NCBI GenBank assembly: GCA_958009085.1
Contig: OY253689.1
Span: 124,001 to 188,000 of the forward strand
DNA: 64,000 nt
From: Protoeuglena noctilucae
Taxonomy: Eukaryota
Direction of reading: 5' to 3'
Shown: positions 60,889-64,000 of the stretch, piece after piece
Layout: each line of letters begins with the position of its first letter
How positions within the stretch are numbered: position 1 is the stretch's first letter
Notes under the pieces: generated by a model
Told to the model about the DNA's origin: nothing
The model's database searches: none
Seen by the model: the letters and a program-made list of their open reading frames with translations, nothing else
Program-made: the position numbers and the translations under genes

Positions 60889-63800
60889 TTACGAGGCCAT
60901 GACGTCCGGGAGTGCGGCGATCCAGTGCAGGGCGTGGTCGGCAACCAGCCGCGAGTTGAAGATGAACGCCACGCCGCCGTCTGCCATCGCGTGCGCCCGC
61001 ACGGCCGGGCTGAGGGCGCCCATGCACTGGCGCAGTAGGGTTTCTGGCACCCCGGTGCCCTGCACGTGCGGAGGGGAACAGGCGCCCCGTCTGAGGGGAC
61101 AGAGAAGGGCCCACAGGTGAGCGTGGCGACCATCGATAGCATTATAGATAGAACCATGGATAGAACCATAAGAGAGTCATGGCGGGCAAGGACACTGCCT
61201 GTGTTTGTGACGGTAATCAAAGCTTAGCATGACAAAACTGCTCCAAACTTTTAAACGTTCGGCTAAGCTGATTGCCACCTCACCGTGGGACGCCTGGATG
61301 AGTTTGGGAAGCACGCGGCTCTCCACAATGGCCCATGCCGCGGGGTCCAGTCTCTCCTGCGCCTTCTTGTACGCCCAGTCCAGCAACCCATGGGGCCCGC
61401 TCGGGAGGTCGTCAAACGAACCGCGCCACCCGCATCTGCGACGAGATATACCACGGTGATGAGAGAAATGTCATGGGCACCTGACAGGCGTTTGTTAGGA
61501 CGAGGCTGCCCATCTCACAAGCCCCTCTACCAGTTAGCTATCCCTCCTTCGCCCTTACACTACCACTGACGCCTTCCCCACTCACCGTAGTAACGTCCCC
61601 AGAAACGCGTAGCTGCCCCCTGTGGCCTTGGCCATGCGCTGCGCCTCCTGGTCCCTCCGCTCCGCTGCGCCCGCGTCCGACAGCCACGATCGGGACAGCG
61701 GCGCCGAGCTCGTCACGAGCATGTCGCACGCCGCAGCGATGTCCCGGGCGTCTCTGCTCGCTTCGTGGGCGATGAAGGTGGCGTTCGAGGACTGCGGGAG
61801 AAGGGGGTGGCAACGGCGCCACTCCGCTGTGTGTGACGGGCAGCATTGCATTACGTCACAAAACGCTATGAGAGGACGCGTCAGCAGGGTACATCCGAGG
61901 GCTGCCTGAGGCGTCCGCCATCACTGGCCCTCAATCCCTCATCTCACCTTGAGCGCTGCAGAGACCCCTTCAGTCGGCCTGGCGGTTACCACCAGCGTGA
62001 GCCACGCGGGGCCTTGAGAGAGCCCCGATATAAGCTCCTCGGCCACGGCGGGGTGCAGGGCATCAAAGCCATCCAGGATCACCACAGCGGGGCGGTCCGA
62101 TCGCGAAACGACCCCGGTCAGCCCACTGTCGCGCCTGCGAGCATTGGACGTGCCAACAGCGCTCTTGACGAGGTTCTATGGTACAATTACTACATGTTGT
62201 CGTGTCATGAAGCAAGAATAGCACCGTGATTGGTCCACCGAGCCCATGCAAGGCAACCAGTGACGAGCTGTCTGCGACGCAGCCATTGGTTGGGTGCACA
62301 AACAAAACGTCTCTCTCACCGGTCCGCTGGAAGCGCCCCTGACTCGGGCCCCGCCTCAGCCGCCGCTTCTTGGAAGGAATCTGCCGCCCACCGCGCCTCC
62401 ATGGCGTGCAGCGGACCCAGCACCAGCTTCTGCATCGTCTTGCGCATCAGCGCCACGTCTGGCAAGTCCTCCAGGGAGGCCCGGCGCGCCAGGGTCGACC
62501 TGCACGACATGGCGAGATGAGGGTGATTTGGTCAGCCTGAGCGTTTTAGAGCCAGAGCGTCACATGAGTCGGCGGCGCCCTCCTTGAACCCACTCGCCCC
62601 CACTCACCCCAACAGCGTCTGCCATCTCTCACCCTCATCCCCCGTCACCCACTCACCCCGGCAGTGTCTGCCATCGCTCACCCTCATCCTAGTGACCCAC
62701 TCACCCCAGCGGCGCTTCCTTGGCCCACTTGCGCCGAATGGACCCCATGGACGCCGGACCCGACGACCCGTTCCTCTTCCCATTCATCACCACCGCATCC
62801 ATCGACCGCCGCGCGGAGCTCTTGGACCGTGATTCCTTTTCCCGGGCCACAGTGGATGGCTCTGGCCCCGCAACCCCCGTCAGCCTTCGCCCGTCCGTCC
62901 CCACCCCCCGCGTCTCGTCGATGCTGTCCTGATTCCAGCTGCGGGAGCCACGGTGGGGGCCCGGGGCGGCGTCCTTCTTGTCCCCGCGGGACGAAGCCAG
63001 GCCCTGCGGAGGGTGCGAACATCAGGTATAGGACGGGTGGACAGGTGCTCTTGGTTAGTGGTGACATCCCTTGCGGGAGCATGGTGGGACGGCGGCAGGG
63101 CGACCTTGCAGACGTTATGATATCAACGTCTGGGTCTGTGGCATTGGGACTTCGTGACGAGAGAGCAGGTTGCATCGCAGTGCGCCTCACCAGTGCGCGT
63201 GACACGGACGACAGGCCCCGGATGATGCCCCGCATGAAGCTGCTGCCCTTGCTGGCGGTCGTCTGCGTCAGGCTCAGCTCCCGCGCGCCCTGGAGCACCT
63301 CGGCGCAGACGTCGCGGTCGCGACACGCCAGTTGCAGCGCCAGACGCTCCACGACCGTGCGCCAGTCGGCCCCGCGCCCGGTCGGCGACGACACGGACGC
63401 CAGAATGCGGCCCCCGAAGGCCCCCCGCTGCTCCAAGGAGCTCGCAAGCACGGACTTCCCCGTGCCGGTCCCCGCCAGGTACGCCACCACGCGCGCCGCG
63501 TGGCCCGGCGCGACCTTGGGCCCCACCGCGCTCTCTAGCTCCCGCTCGAGCGCAGCCATGGTGCCGTCCAGCCTCTGCATGGCCACCTGGCACCGCTCCC
63601 CGAAGCCGTCCCCGCACAGCACCCCGTGCAGCTGCCTTAGCTGCGCCATGTGCTTGGACCGTAAGCTGTGGGCGGCCTGCAAGTCACGGGCCCACGTTGT
63701 TTGGTGAACAAAGGCATTCACCAAACATGAAGCCAGGCACGATGAGCTGTGAACAAGCAGCGACGTGTTGACCGCACAGGCAGTGAAAGCCACTCGTCGT

Positions 63801-64000
63801 GAAACGCACCCTGACGCGGTCGCGGGCCTCTGGCGTCAGACTGGACGCCGTCCGCGCGTCGACCCCAAACTCGGCAGCCAGGCACGCCAGGAGCTCTCCG
63901 ATCGAGTCCGGCGGCGACAGGCGGTGGCGCGTGTAGATGCGGCAGCACGCCGCGTGCAACGCCAGCAGGGCGGGGGCCGTCACCCCCAATGACGCGTGCC
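60889..64000 (-). CDS. NACHT/STAND-type P-loop NTPase, 3' part (5' end beyond the window)
   Basis: Walker A YLAGTGTGKS; VVERLALQLA; Walker B VVILDGFD; LVVTARP; MAKATGGSYAFL; DDLPSG...WAY; exons join in phase; TAA at 60889-60891. Confidence 0.78.
62600..62710 (-). repeat. About 48-bp tandem repeat carrying repeated GTGAGT donors in a NACHT intron
   Basis: cactcacccc...gccatc..tcaccctcatcc repeated about 2.5 times. Confidence 0.8.

Noticed and set aside
1..64000. CRISPR arrays, rRNA/tRNA genes, transposases or retroelement ORFs
   Set aside because: None recognisable; the repeats seen are coding low-complexity tracts, microsatellites or splice-junction duplications.

Overview
Intron-rich, GC-rich eukaryotic nuclear DNA, most likely from a flagellated green alga (inferred from plastid-type CYP97B, centriolar POC1, DET1 and TGTAA signals). 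The raw ORF track is misleading, so gene models were rebuilt by hand across splice sites; CDS coordinates are whole gene spans including introns. About 20 genes, in order: 3' end of an unknown gene, Reb1/TTF1-like Myb protein, a low-GC decayed gene with three tandem HEPN-like domains, SCL-type SR protein, ASF1, POC1, CYP97B, UBZ4 + MgsA_C-like protein, acylated NEK kinase, RPL26, GID8, divergent DET1, two convergent KEG-like RING-kinases (one decayed), At1g75140-like membrane protein, BART-domain protein, TBC RabGAP, leishmanolysin (M8) protease, a pseudokinase, and the 3' part of a NACHT/STAND NTPase. Most notable: (1) the intron-containing triple-HEPN-like locus; (2) intronic 'echo' copies of exon ends with their splice sites, often differing mainly at synonymous positions; (3) at least 16 GC-AG introns; (4) introns with G-rich 5' and C-rich 3' halves; (5) candidate defence genes (HEPN-like, RING-kinases, sensor-less NACHT). 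No database searches were run; family calls come from motif recognition.
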